A DNA stretch of 48,867 nucleotides from positions 1-48,867 of the forward strand of contig JAUWMC010000003.1 of NCBI GenBank assembly GCA_030613375.1, in the 5' to 3' direction. The notes under the pieces were generated by a model, which saw only the letters and a list, made by a program, of their open reading frames with translations, did no database searches and was not told the origin of the DNA. A program made the position numbers and the translations under genes. Origin of the DNA: Candidatus Micrarchaeota archaeon (GTDB lineage Archaea; Micrarchaeota; Micrarchaeia; Anstonellales; Bilamarchaeaceae). Positions 20,475 to 29,084 of the stretch are shown here, one piece after another (the stretch's first letter is position 1; the number at the start of each line of letters is the position of its first letter).

Positions 20475-20840
20475 CTATCCTACCTTTAAGTAGCCCTTGT
20501 CTTGGAGCCATCTCTTCTCATTGGGGTGGTATCTCCAAACGACATCTCCTTTCTTATCTCCTTGGATTTCCCATGGCCGAATAGAAACTGCATCTCCTTC
20601 CCTAACCCAAATCCTTCTCTTGAGTTTTCCGGGAATTCTGCCCATTCTCTCTTTTCCATCGTTGCACATGACAGTCATGCGGCCTCCTCCCATAATTCCT
20701 GTTACTATTCCAAGCATTGCTCCATCACGCGGAAGTTTTACACGCATTATTGGCTGAACTGTTCCTGGTGCCGGCTTCCTCTTGGGTTTCTTTTTAATTC
20801 CCCTAAAGCCTGGTTTTTTCTTCTTTCTTCCTGCTGCCAT
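20475..20840 (-). CDS. eif1a: Translation initiation factor aIF-1A
   Basis: GRIPGKLKRRIWVREGD..PW....KGDVVWRY; ATG at 20840 overlaps the aIF2beta stop (TAATG); basic N-terminal tail. Confidence 0.94.
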   Translation of the reverse strand: MAAGRKKKKPGFRGIKKKPKRKPAPGTVQPIMRVKLPRDGAMLGIVTGIMGGGRMTVMCNDGKERMGRIPGKLKRRIWVREGDAVSIRPWEIQGDKKGDVVWRYHPNEKRWLQDKGYLKVG

Positions 20841-21241
20841 TATTTCACCGCCGACCTGGCTCCGCAAGCTTCACAAACCAATACCTTGGATCTATGGCCT
20901 GTATCCTCTATATGAGTATCCGGCTTTCCACATTGCTCGCAAATCACGTACGTTTTAACGTACTCAGTAAACTTCTTGTTCAGAAGATCTCTGTTGAGCT
21001 TCCTGTGCAAAATAAGCCTGTCTCCTTCAGGAGTTGCAGGAACTGCAAATTCCTTTGAAAAGTATTTGAGTATGTGCTCAGGTGTTCTCCTTATTTTTTG
21101 GAGGATCTGGGAAAAATTGCGAATTATTGTTTTGTTTCCTTCTACAAAAACCTCAAGTGTGGGAATTTCGAAACGCTCTCCTGTACCTATGTCTTCAGGC
21201 AGCTCTTTGTGTGCTTTATCTAAAAGGTCATCATAATCCAT
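20840..21241 (-). CDS. eif2b: Translation initiation factor aIF-2 beta subunit
   Basis: YDDLLDKA..ERFEIP, GNKTIIRNF and a C-terminal zinc ribbon CEQCGKPDT...CEACGA. Confidence 0.95.
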   Translation of the reverse strand: MDYDDLLDKAHKELPEDIGTGERFEIPTLEVFVEGNKTIIRNFSQILQKIRRTPEHILKYFSKEFAVPATPEGDRLILHRKLNRDLLNKKFTEYVKTYVICEQCGKPDTHIEDTGHRSKVLVCEACGARSAVK

Positions 21242-21293
21242 CAATTCACCGTTTAATTTGAGATGTTATGGGTGAGGAAACTTTAAAAACTGA

Positions 21294-22559
21294 CTATTCA
21301 GTCCCCTCCTGCCAACTTGACAGGTATCTTATCTGTTCCTCTGTTAAAACATCAAATTTTACTCCCATTGCTTCAAGCTGTAATTTGGAGATTTCGATGT
21401 CTACCTCAGCCGGGAGATCAACTACCTTTGCTCCCAGTTTTCCCTTATTTTTCACTAGATACTCACATGCAAGTGCCTGGCCTGCAAAAGAAGTTGCCAT
21501 TACTTCAGAAGGGTGGCCTTCTGCTGCACTGAGGTTTACAAGTCTTCCTCCTGCACAGAGATACAATCTCTTTCCATTTAGAATAAATTCCTCCAGGAAA
21601 GGCCTCATCTCTCTTTCTGCAGATGCATTTTCTCGTAGGGAAGTAACATCAATTTCACAATCAAAATGACCAGAATTTGCCATGATTGCATCATTCTTCA
21701 TCATTTTCATGTGTTCCAATGAGATGACGTGCTTGTTTCCTGTAACTGTGATGAAGATATCTCCTAGTTTTGCAGCATCATTCATTTGCATTACTCTATG
21801 TCCATCGTAGAATGCCTGGAGGGCCCTAAATGGTTTAACTTCGGTTACAATTACATTTGCACCCATTGCTTTTGCCCTTAGCGCTACACCTTTTCCGCAA
21901 TCTCCATAACCTACTACAACCAGTGTTCTTCCTGCAAGGAGAACATTTGTTGCACGAAGAATCCCATCTAAAGTAGATTGGCCTGTTCCATAATAGTTGT
22001 CCAGAAGATGTTTGGTGTCATTGTCGTTTACTGCAACCACTGGATATTTTAGTGCATTATCTTTGGCCATTGCATCAAGCCGGATTATTCCTGTTGTTGT
22101 TTCTTCACAACCTCCAATCATGGAATCCAACAATTCAGGTTTTTCTGTGTGGATTAGCTTTAGGAGGTCTCCCCCATCATCGATTGTGATTTGTGGTTTT
22201 TGTTTCAATACTTCATTTAAGTATCTATAATAATCATCGGTTGTTTCTCCCTTGTATCCATAAACCGAAAATCCGTCTGCAACCAGGGCTGCAGCAACAT
22301 CATCCTGGGTAGAAAGAGGGTTGCATCCTGCAATTGTAACTTTTGCCCCTCCTGCCCTGAGTGTGTAAAGAAGGATTGCGGTCTCTTTAGTTACATGAAG
22401 TGCTAATCCTATTGTGATTCCCTCAAATGGTTTTTCCTTTTCAAACCTCTCTATAATTGACTTTAGGCTTGTCATATGATTTTTTGCCCACTCGATATTC
22501 TTTTTCCCCTGCTCTGCAAGGGACATGTCTTTAACTTCATAATTCTCTCCTGTATCCAT
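21294..22559 (-). CDS. ahcY: Adenosylhomocysteinase
   Basis: LHVTKET, CNPLSTQDD, DDGGD, EETTTG, GYGDCGKG, NSGHFD and GRLVNL..AEGHP. Confidence 0.96.
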   Translation of the reverse strand: MDTGENYEVKDMSLAEQGKKNIEWAKNHMTSLKSIIERFEKEKPFEGITIGLALHVTKETAILLYTLRAGGAKVTIAGCNPLSTQDDVAAALVADGFSVYGYKGETTDDYYRYLNEVLKQKPQITIDDGGDLLKLIHTEKPELLDSMIGGCEETTTGIIRLDAMAKDNALKYPVVAVNDNDTKHLLDNYYGTGQSTLDGILRATNVLLAGRTLVVVGYGDCGKGVALRAKAMGANVIVTEVKPFRALQAFYDGHRVMQMNDAAKLGDIFITVTGNKHVISLEHMKMMKNDAIMANSGHFDCEIDVTSLRENASAEREMRPFLEEFILNGKRLYLCAGGRLVNLSAAEGHPSEVMATSFAGQALACEYLVKNKGKLGAKVVDLPAEVDIEISKLQLEAMGVKFDVLTEEQIRYLSSWQEGTE

Positions 22560-22635
22560 AGAAACACCAGAATTCGTATTGAGTATACTTCAAAATGATT
22601 ATATAGGCTTCTCCCCTGGATAGGCAAACATTTTA

Positions 22636-22675
22636 ATTATCAACTATTTGATAGTATTATCAAAAGGTTGATAAT
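22636..22675 (+). promoter_or_regulatory. Two tandem palindromic operators ATTATCAA-N4-TTGAT(A)(G/A)T between TATA and the HTH-MNT start
   Basis: ATTATCAActatTTGATAGT (22636-22655) and the perfect ATTATCAAaaggTTGATAAT (22656-22675) abut ATG 22676. Confidence 0.8.
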
Positions 22676-23203
22676 ATGGCGCACACCCTACTCTCCCGAA
22701 AAGGCAGTGGAAAGCTACTCTCAGTACTTATAAAATACCCAAAACGGAGATTCAGCATAAATGAACTTTCAAAGGAAGCAAATGTCCCGTTTGGAAGCGT
22801 GTGGAACATATTGCAGGAATGGGAGCGATTCAGGGTAATTAACATGGAAAAAATTGGCAACACTAAAGCAGTTTCCCTGGGCTCAGGGCCCCACCTGGAA
22901 ACTGCCAAAATGCTTCTGGAGCTGGAAAAGAGCCCGCAGAGAGCAAGCTTGGGAGCAATTGCAAAAGAATTGAAGAAGAGGGGGGTGGGGCGAGCCTTTC
23001 TCTTTGGAAGTGTTGCGCAGGGAAAAGAAAAACCGGTTAGTGATATTGACATTGCACTAATCTCCCCAAAAGGATTTGATTCTGCAAAAGAAGCAATTGA
23101 GCTGGAAGGCCTATTGGCAGTAAAGGTGATGTTTGTGGAATTCAGGAAAGAGAAGGAATTACTGGAATTCCTGAAAGGAAAAAAACATGAGGTATTGGTT
23201 TAG
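22676..23203 (+). CDS. HTH-fused minimal nucleotidyltransferase (MNT antitoxin)
   Basis: N-terminal wHTH (FSINELSKEANVPFGSVWNIL) and C-terminal FLFGSVAQG....SDIDI (GS-x10-DxD). Confidence 0.88.
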   Translation: MAHTLLSRKGSGKLLSVLIKYPKRRFSINELSKEANVPFGSVWNILQEWERFRVINMEKIGNTKAVSLGSGPHLETAKMLLELEKSPQRASLGAIAKELKKRGVGRAFLFGSVAQGKEKPVSDIDIALISPKGFDSAKEAIELEGLLAVKVMFVEFRKEKELLEFLKGKKHEVLV

Positions 23204-23578
23204 ATGGACATTCCGGAAAAAGCAATTGGGGAAGCCGAATCCTGGCTGGATGGTGCAGCCCATGCATTTGAAGCAGGGGATTCCAATGTGGCCTGTGCCA
23301 TGGCAATACACTCAATAATACGGGCAAATGATGCATTGTGCCTCAAATTTCTCAATAGAAAGGCCACCCGGCATGATGATGCGCACATAATGTTCAACCG
23401 AATCCTTAGCCAGGGGAAACTCCCTGCAGAAGAGAAGGAGCATGCGTTTGCTGTGGCCCGGGCAATGCAAAACAAAAGCGGGGCAGATTACGGCAAAATG
23501 GAATTCAGCCAGGGACAGGCAAAAAATACTGTAATTGATGCAGGGAAATTTTTGGAAATGGCAAAAAGCCATTTGTGA
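23204..23578 (+). CDS. HEPN domain protein (MNT partner)
   Basis: AESWLDGA..F..G..N.AC..A..S....DAL, conserved H (TRHDD) and NKSGADY motif; starts immediately after the MNT stop. Confidence 0.85.
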   Translation: MDIPEKAIGEAESWLDGAAHAFEAGDSNVACAMAIHSIIRANDALCLKFLNRKATRHDDAHIMFNRILSQGKLPAEEKEHAFAVARAMQNKSGADYGKMEFSQGQAKNTVIDAGKFLEMAKSHL

Positions 23579-23580
23579 AA

Positions 23581-24303
23581 TTACTTCTTATACTGGAGAA
23601 GCTTGCCTTTTTTCCACATCATATTAAACATGTGAAGGAAAGCCTGTGCCATATCCTTGTTGGTTATCCTGATTATGGTGGGTTCTTCCCCAAACACCAG
23701 CACTGCATTGTCTCCACATGCTTCAAGGGTTACCGGACCCAGTCCTTCTTCAGTCAGTTTTACTTCTGTAAGCGGGATTTTTGAAGCACTCTTTCCATAT
23801 TGCTCATCTGAAGGGCCATACATGATTCGCATCTTTATTCCTTTTCTCCAGCGTTTTTCGCGGTGGTACTTGAGATAACTGCCAGCAAGAACATCCACAT
23901 TTTTGGAGGACTGGATTACGTTTATTGTTTTTCCGGATTCGACATCGCCCTCCATTATTGTCTTCAGGCCTTCCCCTCCATAGAGGATTGTGACTGGAGA
24001 CTGCTCAACATCCCTTTTGATTTGCTCAAGATCTTCAACCAGTTCTTCAGTTCTTTTTGCAACCCTCCCAAAAAATGCCTTGGGGGAAGTGGGAATGTAG
24101 TGCTTTCTTTTTCCCGTGTACCCAATCCCAGTCGCGCCTTTTTTTACAAGCTTTTCAAGTACATCCAATAGGTTTGCACGGTGGAGTGAAGTTTTGCGTT
24201 CCAGTGTTTTCAGGTTGGTGCCCCCTGTTTCAAGGAGGGCAAGGTAAACCTTTGCTTCATTTTGGGAGAACCCGAACTCCCTTAATTTGTTGCCTATGTC
24301 CAT
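23581..24303 (-). CDS. TrmB-family transcriptional regulator
   Basis: LREFGFSQNEAKVYLALL..G, L..L..KG wHTH, GGEGLK linker and a PLD-like C-terminal domain (RWRKGIKMRIM). Confidence 0.88.
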   Translation of the reverse strand: MDIGNKLREFGFSQNEAKVYLALLETGGTNLKTLERKTSLHRANLLDVLEKLVKKGATGIGYTGKRKHYIPTSPKAFFGRVAKRTEELVEDLEQIKRDVEQSPVTILYGGEGLKTIMEGDVESGKTINVIQSSKNVDVLAGSYLKYHREKRWRKGIKMRIMYGPSDEQYGKSASKIPLTEVKLTEEGLGPVTLEACGDNAVLVFGEEPTIIRITNKDMAQAFLHMFNMMWKKGKLLQYKK

Positions 24304-24333
24304 ACCTTTAGTTAATAGAGAAAAGAATTAAAA

Positions 24334-24352
24334 AGTAGTAGTCTTTGCTACT
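24334..24352. promoter_or_regulatory. Imperfect palindrome between divergent TATA boxes (candidate TrmB operator)
   Basis: AGTAGTA-gtctt-TGCTACT (6 of 7 complementary) between the trmB and 24389 promoters. Confidence 0.45.
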
Positions 24353-24388
24353 AATCATCTATATTAAAGTGGATGATTGTAAACAATT

Positions 24389-24970
24389 ATGGGAGTAAGA
24401 GCAATTTGCACTAGAATGAAAGAAAAAAGGTTGGAGAAGAGAATCCAGAAGCGGGACAAATTATGGGGGCAGGCAAAAGATAAACTTGAAAAGAGGTGGC
24501 TCTCAAATCATCGAAGACCACCCACTTCTCAGTTAAATCTGGGTTTAGATCTGCCACACAGAATACAGCTGGAAGAACTTTTCGAAGGATATAAACCTGA
24601 TTGCTGCCCCTACTCTGTCCCACGGAGTATAAAGGACATTGTGGAGAAGGAAGTGGTCCATGGATATTCATATACAAAATCCGGCATGCACGGATGGTTA
24701 ATCAAATATCTGTGGGGACTTGGAATACCGATTTGGCTGGGGAGTTTGCTTGTACCTGGATTTCTAATGGCTAGCAAATCCGTTAGCGGACTGATAGCCG
24801 CGCCCATTATGGGAGTTAGCTGGCTAGCAACTAGTTACATATTGCTGCAAATTGACAATAAAATAGAAAAGAACGCGATAAAGGCATTCAGTTCTTGGTT
24901 CTCCAACGCTGATTCCAACAATTCTTTTATATCCTCGCATCCAAAGGATAGCCATGAGCATTCTCATTAA
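24389..24970 (+). CDS. Hypothetical protein with two C-terminal TM helices
   Basis: 193-aa ORF, basic N-terminus, hydrophobic hairpin at about aa 103-155; divergent from trmB. Confidence 0.6.
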   Translation: MGVRAICTRMKEKRLEKRIQKRDKLWGQAKDKLEKRWLSNHRRPPTSQLNLGLDLPHRIQLEELFEGYKPDCCPYSVPRSIKDIVEKEVVHGYSYTKSGMHGWLIKYLWGLGIPIWLGSLLVPGFLMASKSVSGLIAAPIMGVSWLATSYILLQIDNKIEKNAIKAFSSWFSNADSNNSFISSHPKDSHEHSH

Positions 24971-26243
24971 GGGAGCAAGAATCATTACGCAGAACGCAAA
25001 CCGGGAGATGCTAAAGGGAGACATACTTATTGAGGGAAACAAGATTGCAGCAATAGGCAAAGAGCTTCCTAAGGAAGAAGTGGAAGAAGTGCTGGAGGGA
25101 AAGGGAAAACTGGTATTTCCTGGATTGGTTAATACGCATACGCATGTTGCGATGGGATTGTTGCGTGGATATGGAGAAGGCTTGCCTTTGCACAGATGGT
25201 TAGAGGAGAAAATCTGGCCTGCGGAAAAAAAGATGACTTCTGAGGATGTTTACTGGGGAACAATGTTGGGAACAATTGAGATGATTAAAAGCGGAACCAC
25301 CTGCTTCAATGAGATGTATATGTTCGGGATAAAACACATGGCAGATGCAGTTATTGAAACCGGGATGCGCGCTGTGCTTGGGAAAGGAGTTTATGATACT
25401 CCTAAAGGGAGGGATAAGGAAAGCGAGATGAAGGAGCTTAAGCATAAAGTGGAGGAAGTAAATGGAATGAATTCCAGAGTACAGGTTGCGGTTGCTGCGC
25501 ATTCTGTGTATACTTGCTCTGAGGAGCTCCTGAAGGATGCTAAGGCTTTTGCAAATGAAGAAGGGTTACAGTTTCATATGCACGTAAGCGAAACCCGGGA
25601 AGAAGTATTCAATTTGCTTAAGGAGAAAAAGATGCGGCCGGTAGAGTATTTGGATTCAATTGGGCTTGTGGATGAAAAATCTGTGTTTGCACATCTTGGG
25701 TGGGTAACCAAAAGAGAAATTTCGCTTGTTGGAAAGGCTGGGGCTACTGTTGCCAACTGCCCTGTAAGTAATCTGAAGCTGGCTACTGGGGGAATATGCC
25801 CGGTTGCCGAGTTCTTTGATGCTGGGGCGAATGTTACGCTTGCTACGGACGGGGCTGCGAGCAACAATTCTTTGGACATGTTTGAGACTATGAAGTTTTC
25901 ACATTTGCTGCAAACTCACAAATACTGGGACCCACAGAAAGTGGATATGGACAGGCTCTGGGATGCTGCTACAATTAATGGGGCAAAGGGAATGGGGATT
26001 AATGCAGGAAGCATAGAAAAAGGAAAGCTTGCGGATTTTGTTTTTGTGGATGCGAAAGCCGTAAACCTTGCACCTTTGCACAGTGACTGGCGCTCGATTA
26101 TTTATTCTATTAATCCGGGGAACGTAACGGATGTAATAGTAGATGGAAAATTTGTTTTGAAAGAGGGAAAGATTACACTTGTGGATGAAGAGAAAGTACT
26201 TGAAAAGGCCACGGAAGTGGCACATGATTTGGTGAATAGATAA
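24954..26243 (+). CDS. mtaD: Amidohydrolase, MTA/SAH deaminase (MtaD/DadD-like)
   Basis: PGLVNTHTH, WLEEKIWP.E, SGTTCFNEMY, HMHVSET, SNLKLA and ATDGAASNN.LDMF. Confidence 0.85.
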   Translation: MSILIKGARIITQNANREMLKGDILIEGNKIAAIGKELPKEEVEEVLEGKGKLVFPGLVNTHTHVAMGLLRGYGEGLPLHRWLEEKIWPAEKKMTSEDVYWGTMLGTIEMIKSGTTCFNEMYMFGIKHMADAVIETGMRAVLGKGVYDTPKGRDKESEMKELKHKVEEVNGMNSRVQVAVAAHSVYTCSEELLKDAKAFANEEGLQFHMHVSETREEVFNLLKEKKMRPVEYLDSIGLVDEKSVFAHLGWVTKREISLVGKAGATVANCPVSNLKLATGGICPVAEFFDAGANVTLATDGAASNNSLDMFETMKFSHLLQTHKYWDPQKVDMDRLWDAATINGAKGMGINAGSIEKGKLADFVFVDAKAVNLAPLHSDWRSIIYSINPGNVTDVIVDGKFVLKEGKITLVDEEKVLEKATEVAHDLVNR

Positions 26244-26887
26244 TGCACGAACACGTAACCTGGGAAATGATTGAGAGGTGGGTTTCTACTAAGAGGGAGG
26301 GAGAGCACCACGCGGAAAAACTCGGGGATTTGATTATTGAAGTGGATAATGGTTTGATTGGGCTGAAGCAGCCCAAAACCGGTTTGCTTCAGATTATAAA
26401 TCCTAAAGATTTCGGGATTGAAAAGCTTAGTGAGGATGCAGAACTGATTGCACACAAGAAGGATGAAGGACATTATCTTGTTTATGTATTGAATCCGGAT
26501 TCGGATAAGCTTGTGCTGCTCGAAATTATTTTGGAGAAGGCTGCATTTGGAGTTTATTCCAAGGATTTTGAGCTTGGGGAGAAGCTTTCAAAAAAGAACT
26601 ATATGGTTATTGATTCTGAAACTCTTGTGATTTGCACACACAAGGTAATTTTTGTGGTGCGTGGAGGAACGCATATTGGAATTACTTTAGATGCTGCGGG
26701 AGTAAAGGGAATAAAGAATCCTGTTTTTGGGATTGGGAAAAGTGAGAAACATGTATGGCTTGCAGTTATGGAAAAGGGTGCGGAGGAAGCTGTTCTTGTT
26801 TGTTTAACTGATTCTGATTTGGGGTATGCTGTAAGAAGAAAAGAGAATAACGAATTGAAGAATAAGGAATTGATGGAAGAGGATTAG
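26243..26887 (+). CDS. Hypothetical protein
   Basis: 214-aa ORF coupled to the mtaD stop (TAATG), GGTGA SD, codon usage like its neighbours. Confidence 0.7.
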   Translation: MHEHVTWEMIERWVSTKREGEHHAEKLGDLIIEVDNGLIGLKQPKTGLLQIINPKDFGIEKLSEDAELIAHKKDEGHYLVYVLNPDSDKLVLLEIILEKAAFGVYSKDFELGEKLSKKNYMVIDSETLVICTHKVIFVVRGGTHIGITLDAAGVKGIKNPVFGIGKSEKHVWLAVMEKGAEEAVLVCLTDSDLGYAVRRKENNELKNKELMEED

Positions 26888-27398
26888 GCCCTTCTTATTG
26901 GCCTTTTAGAGATTAGTTTTTGGTTTGGTTTTTTAGGTGGGTTCCTTAGGCACCTTGGAGCGAATGAGGTTTTCTTGGGAGCTTTCTGTTTTTCCAGTTG
27001 CTCTATCCTCTGCTCTAGTTTTTTGGTTTCTGAGCAGGAATGGACTGCTGCTCCTGCTGCAGCAAGAGTTAGAATCATTGCGCCTAGTACTGCATACCTG
27101 ATGGGAATCCAGAAAAAGAATTTTGTGTTTCTTTCAATTTCCATGGGGAGCTGATCCTTCTGGTGCTTAAGGTGGTGCTGAAGCACCGGGCGTGCATTCC
27201 CGTTCTGTGAAAGGGGGAGGATTCATCTGGATAAAAAGATCTGAAAAGTCCGAGCAGCTGCTTTTGCTGCCTTGCTAGTTTGTTGATTTTTATCTTTTCT
27301 TCTGGAACAGGAGGTGGAGTAGACGGCAGCATTCCCACAAACGGGGCTGGCTTTGGAGTTCCCAGTGGATGAGTTAGTTCAGAATCATCAGTGCCCAT
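26884..27398 (-). pseudogene. Hypothetical single-TM protein, apparently split by a frameshift (or two small overlapping ORFs)
   Basis: ORF from ATG 27398 (TTTAAA 31 nt upstream) and ORF 26884-27186 (TM plus coiled coil) join if one C is added in the CCCCCTTT run near 27210-27217. Confidence 0.4.
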
Positions 27399-27485
27399 TG
27401 GTCTAAATTAGTGATTATAAGGGTTTAAAAGTGTTATAGAAAAATAAAAAGAAAATAAAAAAAGGAAATAAGAAAGGAGTTAGAA

Positions 27486-27809
27486 TTATCCGAATAGGTT
27501 TGCGAGGCCTTCAGCTGCCTGTTCTTCCTTCTTTTCTTCGGAAACTTCTTCTTCCTCTTCCTTTGCCTCAGCTGCTGGTGCTCCGCCTGCTGCGGGTGCC
27601 GCTGCTGGTGCTGCTGCAGCTGTTGCAACATTCTTGAGGAGATCTTCGAAGTCTACTCCCTTCACTGCTTCAGAAAGAACCTTTGCTTTAGCGTCATCTG
27701 CTTCTGCTCCGGCGGCTTTCATAACAGCTAATATTCCTTCCTGGGAAACATCTTTCCCAGCGCCATGCAAAAGAAGCACGGCATGCAAATATGGATCTAC
27801 TTTCGCCAT
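27486..27809 (-). CDS. rpl12: 50S ribosomal stalk protein P1 (aL12)
   Basis: YLHAVLLLH.AGK, Ala-rich hinge, acidic tail and GLANLFG C-terminus; ATG 27815 is an alternative start. Confidence 0.95.
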   Translation of the reverse strand: MAKVDPYLHAVLLLHGAGKDVSQEGILAVMKAAGAEADDAKAKVLSEAVKGVDFEDLLKNVATAAAAPAAAPAAGGAPAAEAKEEEEEVSEEKKEEQAAEGLANLFG

Positions 27810-27814
27810 TTTCA

Positions 27815-29074
27815 TCACTCTTTTTTGGCTTCGGATTTCTCTTCAGCCTTTTTTTCTTTCTTTTCCTCAGCAGAAGCATCTGAAGATTTCTCTTTCTTTT
27901 CCTTTGGCTTTGGTTTTGCCTTGGGCTTCTTTTCCGCCTTTGGTTCCTCCTCCATCTTTTCAGGTTTCGGCTCCTCCTTGGGTTTCTCCTTAGGTTTCTC
28001 CTTAGGTTTTTCCTTCTTGGGGGCTTCTTCCTTCTTTTCAGGCTTTGGTTCTTCCTTAGGTTTTTCTTCAGCTTTAGGTTTTTCCTTAGCTTCGGGTTTG
28101 GGCTCTTCGGCTTTTGGTTCTTCAGCCTTCTTTTCAGGTTTCAGTTCCTCTTTAGGTTCTTCTTCCTTTTCTTCAGGCTTTGGTTCCTTGGGATTCTGAG
28201 CCTCTTCTGCACCAAGTGCAGACTCCGGTACTTTATCAGACAGAGCCATTCCAGTCCTGAGGGACTGGGTAAGAAGCTGCTCTATCGCTTGTGGAGAGTA
28301 AATGTCCCCGTTTATCGCAGTGTTCACTCCCTGGGTAAATGCCTGGGTGAGCAAGAACGTAATGTTCTGCTCGGTAGGCACATCCGCATTCACTGAAATG
28401 TTGAATGCGGCCTGCAGAGAGTCTGTGAACTCAGGTACAAGGGTCTCCGCGGAGATGTTCAGCAAATCAGGCGTATAGATATATTCTCCATCATATGCAA
28501 GGAGAACATCTACATTTACCTTGAACGGCTTGAAACCTAAAGTTCCAAGGGCCTTTGCCTTGTCTGGAGTAATCTCCTCTCCGGCTTTAACTACGGTTGA
28601 GTCCTTTACGACCGAAATCTTTGGGCCACGAATTTGTACTTTAATTCCTGCTGATTTCAATTCTGAAAGCGCGGGCCCGGGCGGAAGCTCGGTTTCCCCT
28701 GCAGGAACTATAATATCTATAGGCGCAATCTGCCCAGACTTTGCAATAACGTCCATGGTGTTCTCCCTGAAGAACTTGTTCAGTTCGTATGGAGAAAGTT
28801 CCGTAAGCACTACTGCTGCAGGCTGCTCAAAGAGGTCAATAAGCTCCTTGGGCTTTCCTGCACCTTCAAGTGCTCGGGTCATTACTGCAGACTTTGCAAC
28901 CTTGATTTTTGTTCCCTTTTCCCTGAGCTTCTTCCTTACGTTCTGGAGAAGTCTGTCCGGAAGATTTCTCAAATCAATGATTACCATGTTCTTAGATGCT
29001 GAGAACTCCTTTGTGAATTCCACTACTTGAGCCTTCTTTCTTGCGATTTCCGGCCTATCTTTCTTTTCTTCCAT
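27815..29074 (-). CDS. rpl10: 50S ribosomal protein uL10 (P0) with long E/K/P tail
   Basis: LQNVRKKLR, IKVAKS, APIDIIVPAGET.LPPGP.LSEL and three stalk-binding helical repeats; GAGGTG SD before ATG 29074. Confidence 0.95.
   Translation of the reverse strand: MEEKKDRPEIARKKAQVVEFTKEFSASKNMVIIDLRNLPDRLLQNVRKKLREKGTKIKVAKSAVMTRALEGAGKPKELIDLFEQPAAVVLTELSPYELNKFFRENTMDVIAKSGQIAPIDIIVPAGETELPPGPALSELKSAGIKVQIRGPKISVVKDSTVVKAGEEITPDKAKALGTLGFKPFKVNVDVLLAYDGEYIYTPDLLNISAETLVPEFTDSLQAAFNISVNADVPTEQNITFLLTQAFTQGVNTAINGDIYSPQAIEQLLTQSLRTGMALSDKVPESALGAEEAQNPKEPKPEEKEEEPKEELKPEKKAEEPKAEEPKPEAKEKPKAEEKPKEEPKPEKKEEAPKKEKPKEKPKEKPKEEPKPEKMEEEPKAEKKPKAKPKPKEKKEKSSDASAEEKKEKKAEEKSEAKKE
27820..28195 (-). repeat. 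Low-complexity coding repeat (KPKE/EEPK units) in the uL10 tail
   Basis: Tandem 12-bp units (TTAGGTTTCTCC-like) and duplicated PKEEPKPEK blocks. Confidence 0.8.
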
Positions 29075-29084
29075 AGTTCCCACC

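Noticed and set aside
27820-28195. Short tandem repeats as a possible CRISPR array
   Set aside because: In-frame coding repeats without unique spacers; no cas genes. I saw no CRISPR array anywhere in the window.
27765-28199. 144-aa F/S/G-rich plus-strand ORF
   Set aside because: Antisense of the uL10 E/K/P tail.
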